Of a stretch of 32,000 nt of DNA, positions 14,927 through 22,048 are shown in pieces. Source of the DNA: Pyrodictium abyssi (lineage in GTDB: Archaea > Thermoproteota > Thermoprotei_A > Sulfolobales > Pyrodictiaceae); the NCBI RefSeq assembly GCF_036323395.1, contig NZ_AP028907.1, forward strand, positions 2,070,001 to 2,102,000, written 5' to 3'. The position numbers were made by a program, and so were the translations under genes. How positions within the stretch are numbered: the stretch's first letter is position 1; each line of letters begins with the position of its first letter. Below the pieces are notes generated by a model, which saw nothing but the letters and a program-made list of their open reading frames with translations, was not told the origin of the DNA and ran no database searches.

Positions 14927-16196
14927 GCAGTCCCCGTGGGTCTACTATCCTGCCCTCAGCAGCGGCGGCGGCAGCCGTGTAGGGCGAGGCGAGGTAGACC
15001 CGGGCGCTCGGAGCCCCCATGCGGCCCGGGAAGTTCCTGTTACTAGTAGAGACCACTACCTCGCCTTCGCCGGCAACCCCCATGTGGGCGCCGAAGCACG
15101 CTGCGCAGCCCGGCGGCGCTATGACGGCGCCGGCCTCGTGGAGTATCTCGAGTAGCCCGGTGCGGAGGGCCTTCTCGTAGACCCTCCTGCTGGCTGGAGC
15201 CACTATGAGCCGGGTGCGGGCTCTGCGGCCTTTGAGTATCCTTGCGGCGGCCTCTAGGTCCTCGTAGCGGCCGTTGGTGCAGCTCCCTATGAACACCTGG
15301 TCGACCTCTAGGCCCTCGACCTCCTCCACGGGGGCTACGTTGTAGGGCGCCGGGGGCTCGGCCACCATGGGCCCGGTCTCGCCGAGGTCTAGCTCTAGGC
15401 TGTCCGCCCCCAGCTCGGGCTCGACCCGTAGCCTCTTGGCTTCTCTTGGGGGCTCGCGGCCCCGCACGGCCCGGTACCACTCGGCCGCCGTCCTGTCGAA
15501 GGGGAATAGCGCGGTCTTAGCCCCGGCCTCGACCATCATGTTGGCCACGGTGAGCCTGTCGCTAACCGGCAACGCTGCTACGCCCGGCCCGTGGAACTCC
15601 ACGCTCCGGTAGATGGCGCCGTCGCCGCCTAGGACGCCTAGGAGCCTTAGCACGAAGTCCTTGCCCGTAACGCCCTCGGGCAGCCTGCCCTCGAGCCTGA
15701 CGTAGAGCGGCTCAGGGACCCTTAGCCAGAGCCTCCCAGTGGCCATAGCGTAGGCTGCCTCAGTGCTCCCTATCCCAGTCGAGAAGACCGAGAGGGCACC
15801 GTAGGTTATGGTGTGGCTGTCAGCGCCGAGGACGAGCCAGCCCGGCTCCACGAGCTCCTCCACAGCAGCCTGGTGCATCACACCGTAGCCGACATCCCAT
15901 AGAGTACAGCCACGCTCCCGGGCGAAGAGCCGGAGGCGCCGGTGCCCCGTAGCGGTTGCAGCTGTCGGCGCTGGGCTGTAGTGGTCGAAGGCTATCACTA
16001 CCTGGGGCCGCTGCCTCCGGCAGTCAACGAGCCCATCCGCCCCCGTCTCCTCCAGCACACGGAGCGCCAGGAGCCCGGTGACATCGTTCACGAGCACAGC
16101 GTCTGGCTCGACTACGGCTATGTCGCCGGGCCCGAGCCCGTCCCTGGGCTTCTCGACCGCGTGCTCCTCTATGATCCTCTGCGCGAGGCTCGCCAC
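14919..16196 (-). CDS. leuC: 3-isopropylmalate dehydratase (or homoaconitase) large subunit
   Basis: Aconitase-family motifs GADSHTITYG and IGSCTNGRYEDL plus a Cys ligand region. GTG 16196 is preceded by GGAGGTG (16204-16210). Its 3' end overlaps the convergent GPN gene by 8 nt. Confidence 0.9.
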   Translation of the reverse strand: MASLAQRIIEEHAVEKPRDGLGPGDIAVVEPDAVLVNDVTGLLALRVLEETGADGLVDCRRQRPQVVIAFDHYSPAPTAATATGHRRLRLFARERGCTLWDVGYGVMHQAAVEELVEPGWLVLGADSHTITYGALSVFSTGIGSTEAAYAMATGRLWLRVPEPLYVRLEGRLPEGVTGKDFVLRLLGVLGGDGAIYRSVEFHGPGVAALPVSDRLTVANMMVEAGAKTALFPFDRTAAEWYRAVRGREPPREAKRLRVEPELGADSLELDLGETGPMVAEPPAPYNVAPVEEVEGLEVDQVFIGSCTNGRYEDLEAAARILKGRRARTRLIVAPASRRVYEKALRTGLLEILHEAGAVIAPPGCAACFGAHMGVAGEGEVVVSTSNRNFPGRMGAPSARVYLASPYTAAAAAAEGRIVDPRGLLS

Positions 16197-16217
16197 GCCC
16201 CAGCACCTCCGGCAAGG

Positions 16218-17345
16218 CTACTGGATGAACTTCGCCACGGCCCGGGCATAATCCATTGTAGAGAGGCCTCCGCCCAGGTCCGGGGTCGTGAAGCCAGCTG
16301 CGAGCGCCTGCTCCACGGCCAGCTCCATCCTCGAGGCTGCCTCGCGGTAGCCCAGGTACTCGAGCATCATAGCCGCGGAGAGGATCATTGCAGTCGGGTT
16401 GGCCACCCCCTTCCCAGCGATATCCCATGCAGCGCCGTGCACCGGCTCGAAGAGCGCCTTCCCATCGCCTATGTTCGCCGAAGGGGCTAGCCCGAGGCCC
16501 CCAGCAACCTGGGCCGCTAGGTCGCTGAGAATATCACCGTACTGGTTCATGGTGAGCACTACGTCGAAGCGCGAGGGGTTGCGGACCATCTCCATCGCGG
16601 CAGCGTCGACATACATCTCGTCAACGGCTACACCCTCCTCCTCTAGGACACGGCGCGCCACGTCCCGGAACAAGCCGTCGGCGACCCGCAGCACGTTAGC
16701 CTTATGGACTATGGTCACGCGGCCTGAGCGGGAGGAGGCGTAGCGTGCAGCTACGCGTGCCACCCGCCGGGTACCCTCCTCCGTCACCACCTTCACGGCG
16801 AACGCGGCGCCGGGCACACTGAACTCTATACCCGCGTAGACGTCCTCCAGGTTCTCCCGCACTATCACCAGGTCTATCGGCGCGACGCTCACGACCCCGG
16901 GGAGGCTGCGGGCCGGACGAATGTTAGCGTAGACGCCTAGCTCCCTCCTCAGCACCACAACAACGTCCCGCGCGGTCTCGCCGACCGGGCCCTTGAGCAC
17001 AACGTCAGCCCAGTTCTTAGCTAGGCGCAGCGTCTCGCTTGGCAAGGGCTCGCCGTACTTGCGGGCAGCAGTATCCCCTGCCTCGGCGTAACGTATCTCA
17101 AGGTCTATCCCGTACATGTCTAGAGTCTTCTCGAGCACGTACATAGCGGCATCTGTTACCTCGGGGCCTATACCGTCACCTGGTATGACTAGCACCCGCG
17201 GAACCGCCAAGGGATCCCACACCACCGCTACACAGCTATTCCGTGGACTCCGGTCGTGCCCCAAGCCCCTGATGCGGAGCCAGGGGCCATGGCATAGGCA
17301 TGCGAGGCGGATGCCCCTAGCTACAGCCTTAGGTGGTACAGCCAT
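16218..17345 (-). CDS. leuB: 3-isopropylmalate dehydrogenase (or homoisocitrate dehydrogenase); N-terminus probably shorter
   Basis: VLVIPGDGIGPEV, NQYGDILSDLAA and GLAPSANIG are typical of the beta-decarboxylating dehydrogenase family. Homology begins about 50 codons after the track ATG 17345, which has no SD. Candidate starts are GTG 17225/17222, TTG 17210 and GTG 17195. Confidence 0.88.
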   Translation of the reverse strand: MAVPPKAVARGIRLACLCHGPWLRIRGLGHDRSPRNSCVAVVWDPLAVPRVLVIPGDGIGPEVTDAAMYVLEKTLDMYGIDLEIRYAEAGDTAARKYGEPLPSETLRLAKNWADVVLKGPVGETARDVVVVLRRELGVYANIRPARSLPGVVSVAPIDLVIVRENLEDVYAGIEFSVPGAAFAVKVVTEEGTRRVARVAARYASSRSGRVTIVHKANVLRVADGLFRDVARRVLEEEGVAVDEMYVDAAAMEMVRNPSRFDVVLTMNQYGDILSDLAAQVAGGLGLAPSANIGDGKALFEPVHGAAWDIAGKGVANPTAMILSAAMMLEYLGYREAASRMELAVEQALAAGFTTPDLGGGLSTMDYARAVAKFIQ

Positions 17346-17434
17346 GACTATGGGGAGGGGTTAGGTGGCACTGGAAAGAACCAGGGGTGAGGGGCGAGGC
17401 GTGCTAGCCTGCGTATACTGTCTGCCTGGGGCGC

Positions 17435-18580
17435 CTAGACTGGCCTTGGATAAGGCGTCTCAGCACGTCGCTCCATGTACTCGTTTATCCAGCGGACTAT
17501 TATGTCCTCGCTGACCTTCTTCATCCTCGGCGCGTTCTCCTTCAGCCTGTCCAGGATGTACTTCACGAGCGCTGGCTCCGGGGTCACGCCGATGCTCTGG
17601 AGAGCCCATTCGACCGCGGCGCGGCCGCTGTGGCGCCCCAGGACTATCCGCCGACGGTTGCCTACAGCCTCGGGCGGCAACGGCTCGTACGTTGCAGGGT
17701 TCTTCAGCACACCGTGCACGTGTATACCAGCCTCGTGGGCGAACGCGTTACGCCCCACAATCGCCTTGTTAGGAGGCGTCTCTACACCGAACTTGCTCGC
17801 CACTAGCCGCGACACGGGCGTTAGCAGCTCCATTCGGATGCCAGTGCTGCGGTCCATGAGGTAGTGTAACGCAGCCACGACCTCCTCTAGCGCGGCGTTG
17901 CCAGCTCTCTCGCCGAACCCGTTCACAGTGACCTGGACGCCGTCTGCCCCCGCCCTAACGCCGGCCAACGTATTAGCAGTAGCCATGCCGAAGTCGTCAT
18001 GGCAGTGTACGTCTATCCAGACCCAGGACGGGAGACTCCTCCTTATGAGGCCCACAAGCCACTCCATATACCAGGGGGTCGCGGTGCCCACGGTGTCCGG
18101 TATGTTTATGTAGCTAGCACCAGCCTCGACAACGCTCCGGTATATCCTAACGAGGAACCCAGGGTCGCTCCTCGTCGCGTCCTCGGCCGAGAATAGGACG
18201 GTAGCGCCGTAGCTCCGCGCCCGCTCGACCGCCTCGACAGCCCGTTCCACCACCTGGTCCCGTGTCATCCTCAGCTTGTACTTCATGTGCACGTCGCTGG
18301 TGGCTATGAACACGTGGATTATGTGTGCTTCAGCCGCTGCCGCCTCGTCCACGTCGCGTGGATGGGCCCTGGCAAGGGCGGCGATCCTGGCTCTAGAGGC
18401 CTCCCTGACAGCTGCTCTCACGGCTCTACGGTCTATCTCGGAGGAGGCGGGGAACCCAGCCTCTATCACGTCGACGCCAAGCTCGTCGAGGGCTCGTAGA
18501 ATCTCTATCTTGTCGTAGAAGTCTAGCTCTATTCCAGGCATCTGGTCTCCGTCACGGAGGGTTGTATCGAAGACCCTTAT
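17435..18580 (-). CDS. leuA: 2-isopropylmalate synthase-family enzyme (IPMS/homocitrate/citramalate synthase), short form; non-canonical start
   Basis: HCHDDFGMATANTLAG, the FIATSDVH region and EAGIHVHG identify the DRE-TIM family. The track start ATG 18541 would remove the in-frame upstream IRVFDTTLRDGDQ. The frame is open back to TGA 18611-18613 with no ATG/GTG/TTG, so I extend it to the ATA codon at 18580-18578 (see findings). Confidence 0.8.
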   Translation of the reverse strand: MRVFDTTLRDGDQMPGIELDFYDKIEILRALDELGVDVIEAGFPASSEIDRRAVRAAVREASRARIAALARAHPRDVDEAAAAEAHIIHVFIATSDVHMKYKLRMTRDQVVERAVEAVERARSYGATVLFSAEDATRSDPGFLVRIYRSVVEAGASYINIPDTVGTATPWYMEWLVGLIRRSLPSWVWIDVHCHDDFGMATANTLAGVRAGADGVQVTVNGFGERAGNAALEEVVAALHYLMDRSTGIRMELLTPVSRLVASKFGVETPPNKAIVGRNAFAHEAGIHVHGVLKNPATYEPLPPEAVGNRRRIVLGRHSGRAAVEWALQSIGVTPEPALVKYILDRLKENAPRMKKVSEDIIVRWINEYMERRAETPYPRPV

Positions 18581-18604
18581 GCGAGTTCCATTTTCGACTG
18601 CACC
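18581..18604 (-). promoter_or_regulatory. 24-nt leader cassette, leuA copy (GGTGCAGTCGAAAATGGAACTCGC on the minus strand)
   Basis: It is the exact reverse complement of plus-strand 18857-18880. It is extended 5' to a full GGAGGTG (18601-18607) and contains ATG 18591-18589, which opens MELA-stop (18591..18577). Confidence 0.6.
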
Positions 18605-18670
18605 TCCGTCTCATGCCCGATGGAGTTCCGGCTTCTTGGCTGGGCCGGGGACACCGGGTGCCCACAACCG

Positions 18671-18724
18671 TCTATTTAAGCGTTGCCTTCCGCATTTTGG
18701 AGTTATACGGAAAACGTTTTAATA
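18671..18724. promoter_or_regulatory. candidate divergent TATA boxes for leuA (CTTAAATAGA on minus, 18671-18680) and ilvB (TTTTAATA, 18717-18724)
   Basis: These are the only AT-rich boxes in the 310-nt leuA-ilvB spacer. The assignment is positional only. Confidence 0.35.
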
Positions 18725-18800
18725 GGGGAAGCCGGTGGGCAGGCCTACCCGACGCCCTTCTAGGCCGCTAGGCGGCTCCGCCAGACCGGAGGTGGTCTCG

Positions 18801-18821
18801 ATGTCAAACGTCCCCATGTAG
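18801..18821 (+). other. SD-led mini-ORF 1 in the ilvB leader (MSNVPM)
   Basis: GGAGGTG at 18788-18794, a 6-nt spacer, ATG 18801 and stop TAG at 18819-18821. Confidence 0.4.
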
Positions 18822-18836
18822 CTGGAGGTGGTCCAG

Positions 18837-18854
18837 ATGTCAAACATTATGTGA
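18837..18854 (+). other. SD-led mini-ORF 2 in the ilvB leader (MSNIM)
   Basis: GGAGGTG at 18824-18830, a 6-nt spacer and ATG 18837. The stop TGA 18852-18854 overlaps the in-frame GTG 18851 of the ilvB ORF. Confidence 0.4.
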
Positions 18855-20629
18855 GGGGTGCAGTCGAAAATGGAACTCGCGTGGTAGACCACATAGCCCG
18901 TGTTCTAAAAGACCTGGGCGCCACCCAGGTCTTCGGGGTAACCGGCGGCAGCATAATGGGGCTCTTCGACGCGCTAGCGCTCGAGGACTTCGAGATCTAC
19001 ATGTTCCGCCATGAGCAGGGAGCGGCGCACGCAGCCGACGCCTACGGCAGGATAGCCCGCAGGCCGGGAATAGCACTAGCAACAAGCGGCCCAGGCGCCA
19101 CGAACCTTGTAACCGGCATAGCTAACGCCTACTTCGACTCCGCGCCCATGCTGGCTATCACCGGGCAGGTACCGACAAGCGTCTTCGGCCGCGACGCCTT
19201 CCAGGAGACAGACATCGTGGGCGTAACGGCGCCGATAACCAAGTTCGCCTACCAGGTGAAGAGGCCAGAAGAAGCCGGCCCGGCCATAAGAACGGCGTAC
19301 AGGCTCGCGGTCGAGGGGAGGCCTGGCCCCACTCTCATCGACCTACCCAGAGACGTGCAGCTAGTACGCTACGAGCCAGTGGACGAGCCCGAGTATCTCC
19401 CAATAGACTTCGCCAAGTATCAGCCGCCGAAGCCCGACCCGGAGGCTGTTGCTAGCGCTGCACGCCTACTACTCGCGGCGGCAAGGCCCGTAATCCTGGT
19501 CGGTGCTGGTGTATACTGGTCCGGGGCTACAGCCGAGGTCATAGAGCTCGCTGAGCGGCTACAGGCGCCCATAGTGACAACACTCCCCGGCAAGAATGCT
19601 GTCCCTGCAGACCACCCCCTAGTGCTAGGCCCAGCTGGGATGCACGGCCGTGCAGAAGCGGACGCTGCTCTCGCTAACGCCGACGTAGTGCTCGCTGTAG
19701 GCACTAGGTTCTCCGACCGTACCGTTGGCAGGTTTGGGCCAGAGCTACGCGAGAAGAAGATAATCCACATAGACATCGACCCCAGTGAGCACGGCAAGAA
19801 CGTGCCACCAGCTGTGAGCATTGTGGCTGATGCGCGGGAGGCGCTCCAGGCAATACTCCGCGAGATGAAGGTGGTGCCTAAGCGCGACGGGAGGTTCATC
19901 GAGTGGCTGCTCTGGATACGCCGCCGCTACGAGGACGCTATGGAGAAGCTAGCGGCCCGGATGAGGAAGTTCGCGCCCTGGAAGGTGTTGAAGACGCTCA
20001 GGCAGGCAGTGCCGCGCAATACGATAACCGTCACTGGTGTGGGCAGCCACCAGATGTGGTCAGAGATACACTGGGACGTATACGTGCCCGGCACCTGGGT
20101 GACGAGCGCAGGCCTAGGCACGATGGGGTTCTGTGTCCCGGCAGCGCTCGGCGCCAAGATAGCTGCGAGGGACCGCCCAGTACTCTGCATCGATGGCGAC
20201 GGGAGCTTCCAGATGACTATGAATAACCTGGCCCTCGTGAGGGACTACGACCTACCCATAATAGTGACAGTATTCGACAACCGTGCGCTCATGCTGGTAA
20301 AGCAGTGGCAGATATTCCTCTACGACCGGAGGATAGTAGCTACCGAGTACAGCAAGTGGCCCGACTTCACGAAGATAGCTGAGGCCTACGGGATAGAGGC
20401 GATACGCCCAGCAAGCCTAGAGGAGATCAACGCAGCAGTACGCCGCGCTATCCGGAACAATGAGCCCCTCATAGTAGTGGTGGACATAGACAACAACGAG
20501 GACATAGTGCTGCCATGGGTGAAGCCCGGCGACTGGCTGACAGACGCGATACTGCCGCCCGGGATGGAGGATGTCAGCCTCGTTTTCCGCGAGGAGAAGC
20601 TAACAGCTGCCCCCGCAGCTGGGAGGTGA
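18851..20629 (+). CDS. ilvB: acetolactate synthase (acetohydroxyacid synthase) large subunit
   Basis: ThDP-enzyme motifs: VFGVTGGS, HEQGAAHAADAYGR and IDGDGSFQMTMNNLA. Family N-termini align from about GTG 18881 (VDHIARVLKDLG...). Whether GTG 18851 or GTG 18881 is used is unresolved. Confidence 0.9.
   Translation: MRGAVENGTRVVDHIARVLKDLGATQVFGVTGGSIMGLFDALALEDFEIYMFRHEQGAAHAADAYGRIARRPGIALATSGPGATNLVTGIANAYFDSAPMLAITGQVPTSVFGRDAFQETDIVGVTAPITKFAYQVKRPEEAGPAIRTAYRLAVEGRPGPTLIDLPRDVQLVRYEPVDEPEYLPIDFAKYQPPKPDPEAVASAARLLLAAARPVILVGAGVYWSGATAEVIELAERLQAPIVTTLPGKNAVPADHPLVLGPAGMHGRAEADAALANADVVLAVGTRFSDRTVGRFGPELREKKIIHIDIDPSEHGKNVPPAVSIVADAREALQAILREMKVVPKRDGRFIEWLLWIRRRYEDAMEKLAARMRKFAPWKVLKTLRQAVPRNTITVTGVGSHQMWSEIHWDVYVPGTWVTSAGLGTMGFCVPAALGAKIAARDRPVLCIDGDGSFQMTMNNLALVRDYDLPIIVTVFDNRALMLVKQWQIFLYDRRIVATEYSKWPDFTKIAEAYGIEAIRPASLEEINAAVRRAIRNNEPLIVVVDIDNNEDIVLPWVKPGDWLTDAILPPGMEDVSLVFREEKLTAAPAAGR
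18857..18880 (+). promoter_or_regulatory. 24-nt leader cassette, ilvB copy (GGTGCAGTCGAAAATGGAACTCGC)
   Basis: It is the perfect inverted-repeat partner of 18581-18604. It contains ATG 18870, which opens MELAW-stop (18870..18887), and it ends directly before GTG 18881. Confidence 0.6.
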
Positions 20630-20635
20630 TAGCTC

Positions 20636-20887
20636 GTGGCCAGCCAGTGCACCGGGATATACGTGATAGAGGTATCCGCGTTCAACGGGATGGACGCCGT
20701 AATGAGGCTAAGCAATATGGCGCGCCGAGCTAAGCTAGAGTACCGCAACATATCCGCCAGCTTCGATGGCAGAGTGGTCCGGCTGAGAATAGAAGCGGCT
20801 GGCGAGGAGAAGGAGGTACACTGGCTAGCAGCCAAGATGGAGAGGATGCCCGAGGTCTACGCGGTAGCAGCCAAGAGGCTATCGTGA
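20636..20887 (+). CDS. ilvN: acetolactate synthase small (regulatory) subunit, short single-ACT form
   Basis: 83-aa ORF 6 nt after the ilvB stop, with a strong SD (GGGAGGTGAT) 5 nt before the GTG. It has an ACT-like beta-alpha-beta pattern. The call rests mainly on position and size. Confidence 0.7.
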   Translation: MASQCTGIYVIEVSAFNGMDAVMRLSNMARRAKLEYRNISASFDGRVVRLRIEAAGEEKEVHWLAAKMERMPEVYAVAAKRLS

Positions 20888-20890
20888 AGA

Positions 20891-20930
20891 GCCCCCGGGG
20901 CTGGGTGGCGCCGCGCCCCTTCCCCGGGGC
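20891..20930 (+). terminator. GC-rich inverted repeat followed by a T-rich run after ilvN
   Basis: GCCCCCGGGG...CCCCGGGGC arms are followed by CACTACTTTCTTG. This is weak, because archaeal termination usually needs longer T tracts. Confidence 0.25.
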
Positions 20931-21061
20931 CACTACTTTCTTGAGTGCAAGGCCTCTCTCCCCACAAACCTACAGCTATATGGATACTTATACCATATGT
21001 CTATGGTATTGTGAGTCGAGGTGGGAAGCCTCGGATACGAGGAGTCGGGGGTGGAGACACC

Positions 21062-22045
21062 GTGGCGAGGATATACACAGACCAGGATGCTAGCCTAGAT
21101 CCGCTCCGTGACAAGACCATAGCGGTAATAGGCTACGGTAGCCAGGGCCGTGCCCAGGCCCTCAACCTCCGCGATAGCGGGCTAGACGTCATAATAGGGC
21201 TTAGGCCGGGGAAGAGCTGGGAGCTCGCCGAGAAAGAGGGGTTCAAGGTATACCGGGTGGACGAGGCGGTCAAACGGGCGGACGTAGTAATGATGCTCAT
21301 ACCCGACATGGTCCAGCCCGAGGTCTGGAAGAACCAGGTGGAGCCACACCTACGCGAGGGCATGACGGTGGACTTCGCCCACGGCTTCACGGTGCACTAC
21401 GGCCTAATCAAGCCGCCCGAGTACGTGGACGTCGTCATGGTGGCGCCTAAGAGCCCTGGCGCTAAGGTCCGTGAGGAGTTTGTCGCGGGCCGCGGCGTAC
21501 CAGCCCTCGTAGCAGTATACCAGGACTATACCAGCCGTGCCCTGGAGACCGCTCTCGCCATAGCTAAGGGCATTGGGGCGACGCGGGCGGGCGTCATAGA
21601 GACCACTTTCAAGGAGGAGACAGAGACGGACCTCATAGGCGAACAGACGGTGCTCGTCGGCGGGCTCATGGAGCTGATAAAGAAGGGCTTCGAGACACTC
21701 GTGGAGCTGGGCTACCAGCCCGAGGTAGCGTACTTCGAGGTACTCAACGAGGCCAAGCTGATAATGGACCTCATATGGAGGTACGGTATCACGGGCATGC
21801 TGGAAAGGGTCTCCGTCACGGCTCGCTACGGCGGCCTGACAGTAGGGCCGAAGATCATAGACGACAGGGTCAAGGAGAACATGAAGAAGGCTGCTGAGCG
21901 GGTACGCAGCGGCGAGTTCGCCAAGGAGTGGGTGGAGGAGTACAGGAAGGGGATGCCGAGGCTTCAGAAGCTCCTCGAGGAGACGCGGAGCCACGAGATA
22001 GAGCGCGTGGGCAAGGAGATGCGCCGCCTCCTCTTCGGTGGCTAG
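21062..22045 (+). CDS. ilvC: ketol-acid reductoisomerase (class I)
   Basis: [36 protein letters not shown] matches the class I KARI N-terminus and Rossmann motif. GTG 21062 is preceded by GGGGGTGGAG. The track ATG 20945 adds 39 non-homologous codons that cover the AT-rich promoter region 20973-21012. Confidence 0.92.
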   Translation: MARIYTDQDASLDPLRDKTIAVIGYGSQGRAQALNLRDSGLDVIIGLRPGKSWELAEKEGFKVYRVDEAVKRADVVMMLIPDMVQPEVWKNQVEPHLREGMTVDFAHGFTVHYGLIKPPEYVDVVMVAPKSPGAKVREEFVAGRGVPALVAVYQDYTSRALETALAIAKGIGATRAGVIETTFKEETETDLIGEQTVLVGGLMELIKKGFETLVELGYQPEVAYFEVLNEAKLIMDLIWRYGITGMLERVSVTARYGGLTVGPKIIDDRVKENMKKAAERVRSGEFAKEWVEEYRKGMPRLQKLLEETRSHEIERVGKEMRRLLFGG

Positions 22046-22048
22046 GCC

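Noticed and set aside
20945-21061. A 39-codon N-terminal extension of ilvC from ATG 20945.
   Set aside because: It has no homology to KARI and covers the AT-rich promoter-like region. GTG 21062 has an SD and reproduces the family N-terminus (ARIYTDQDA...).
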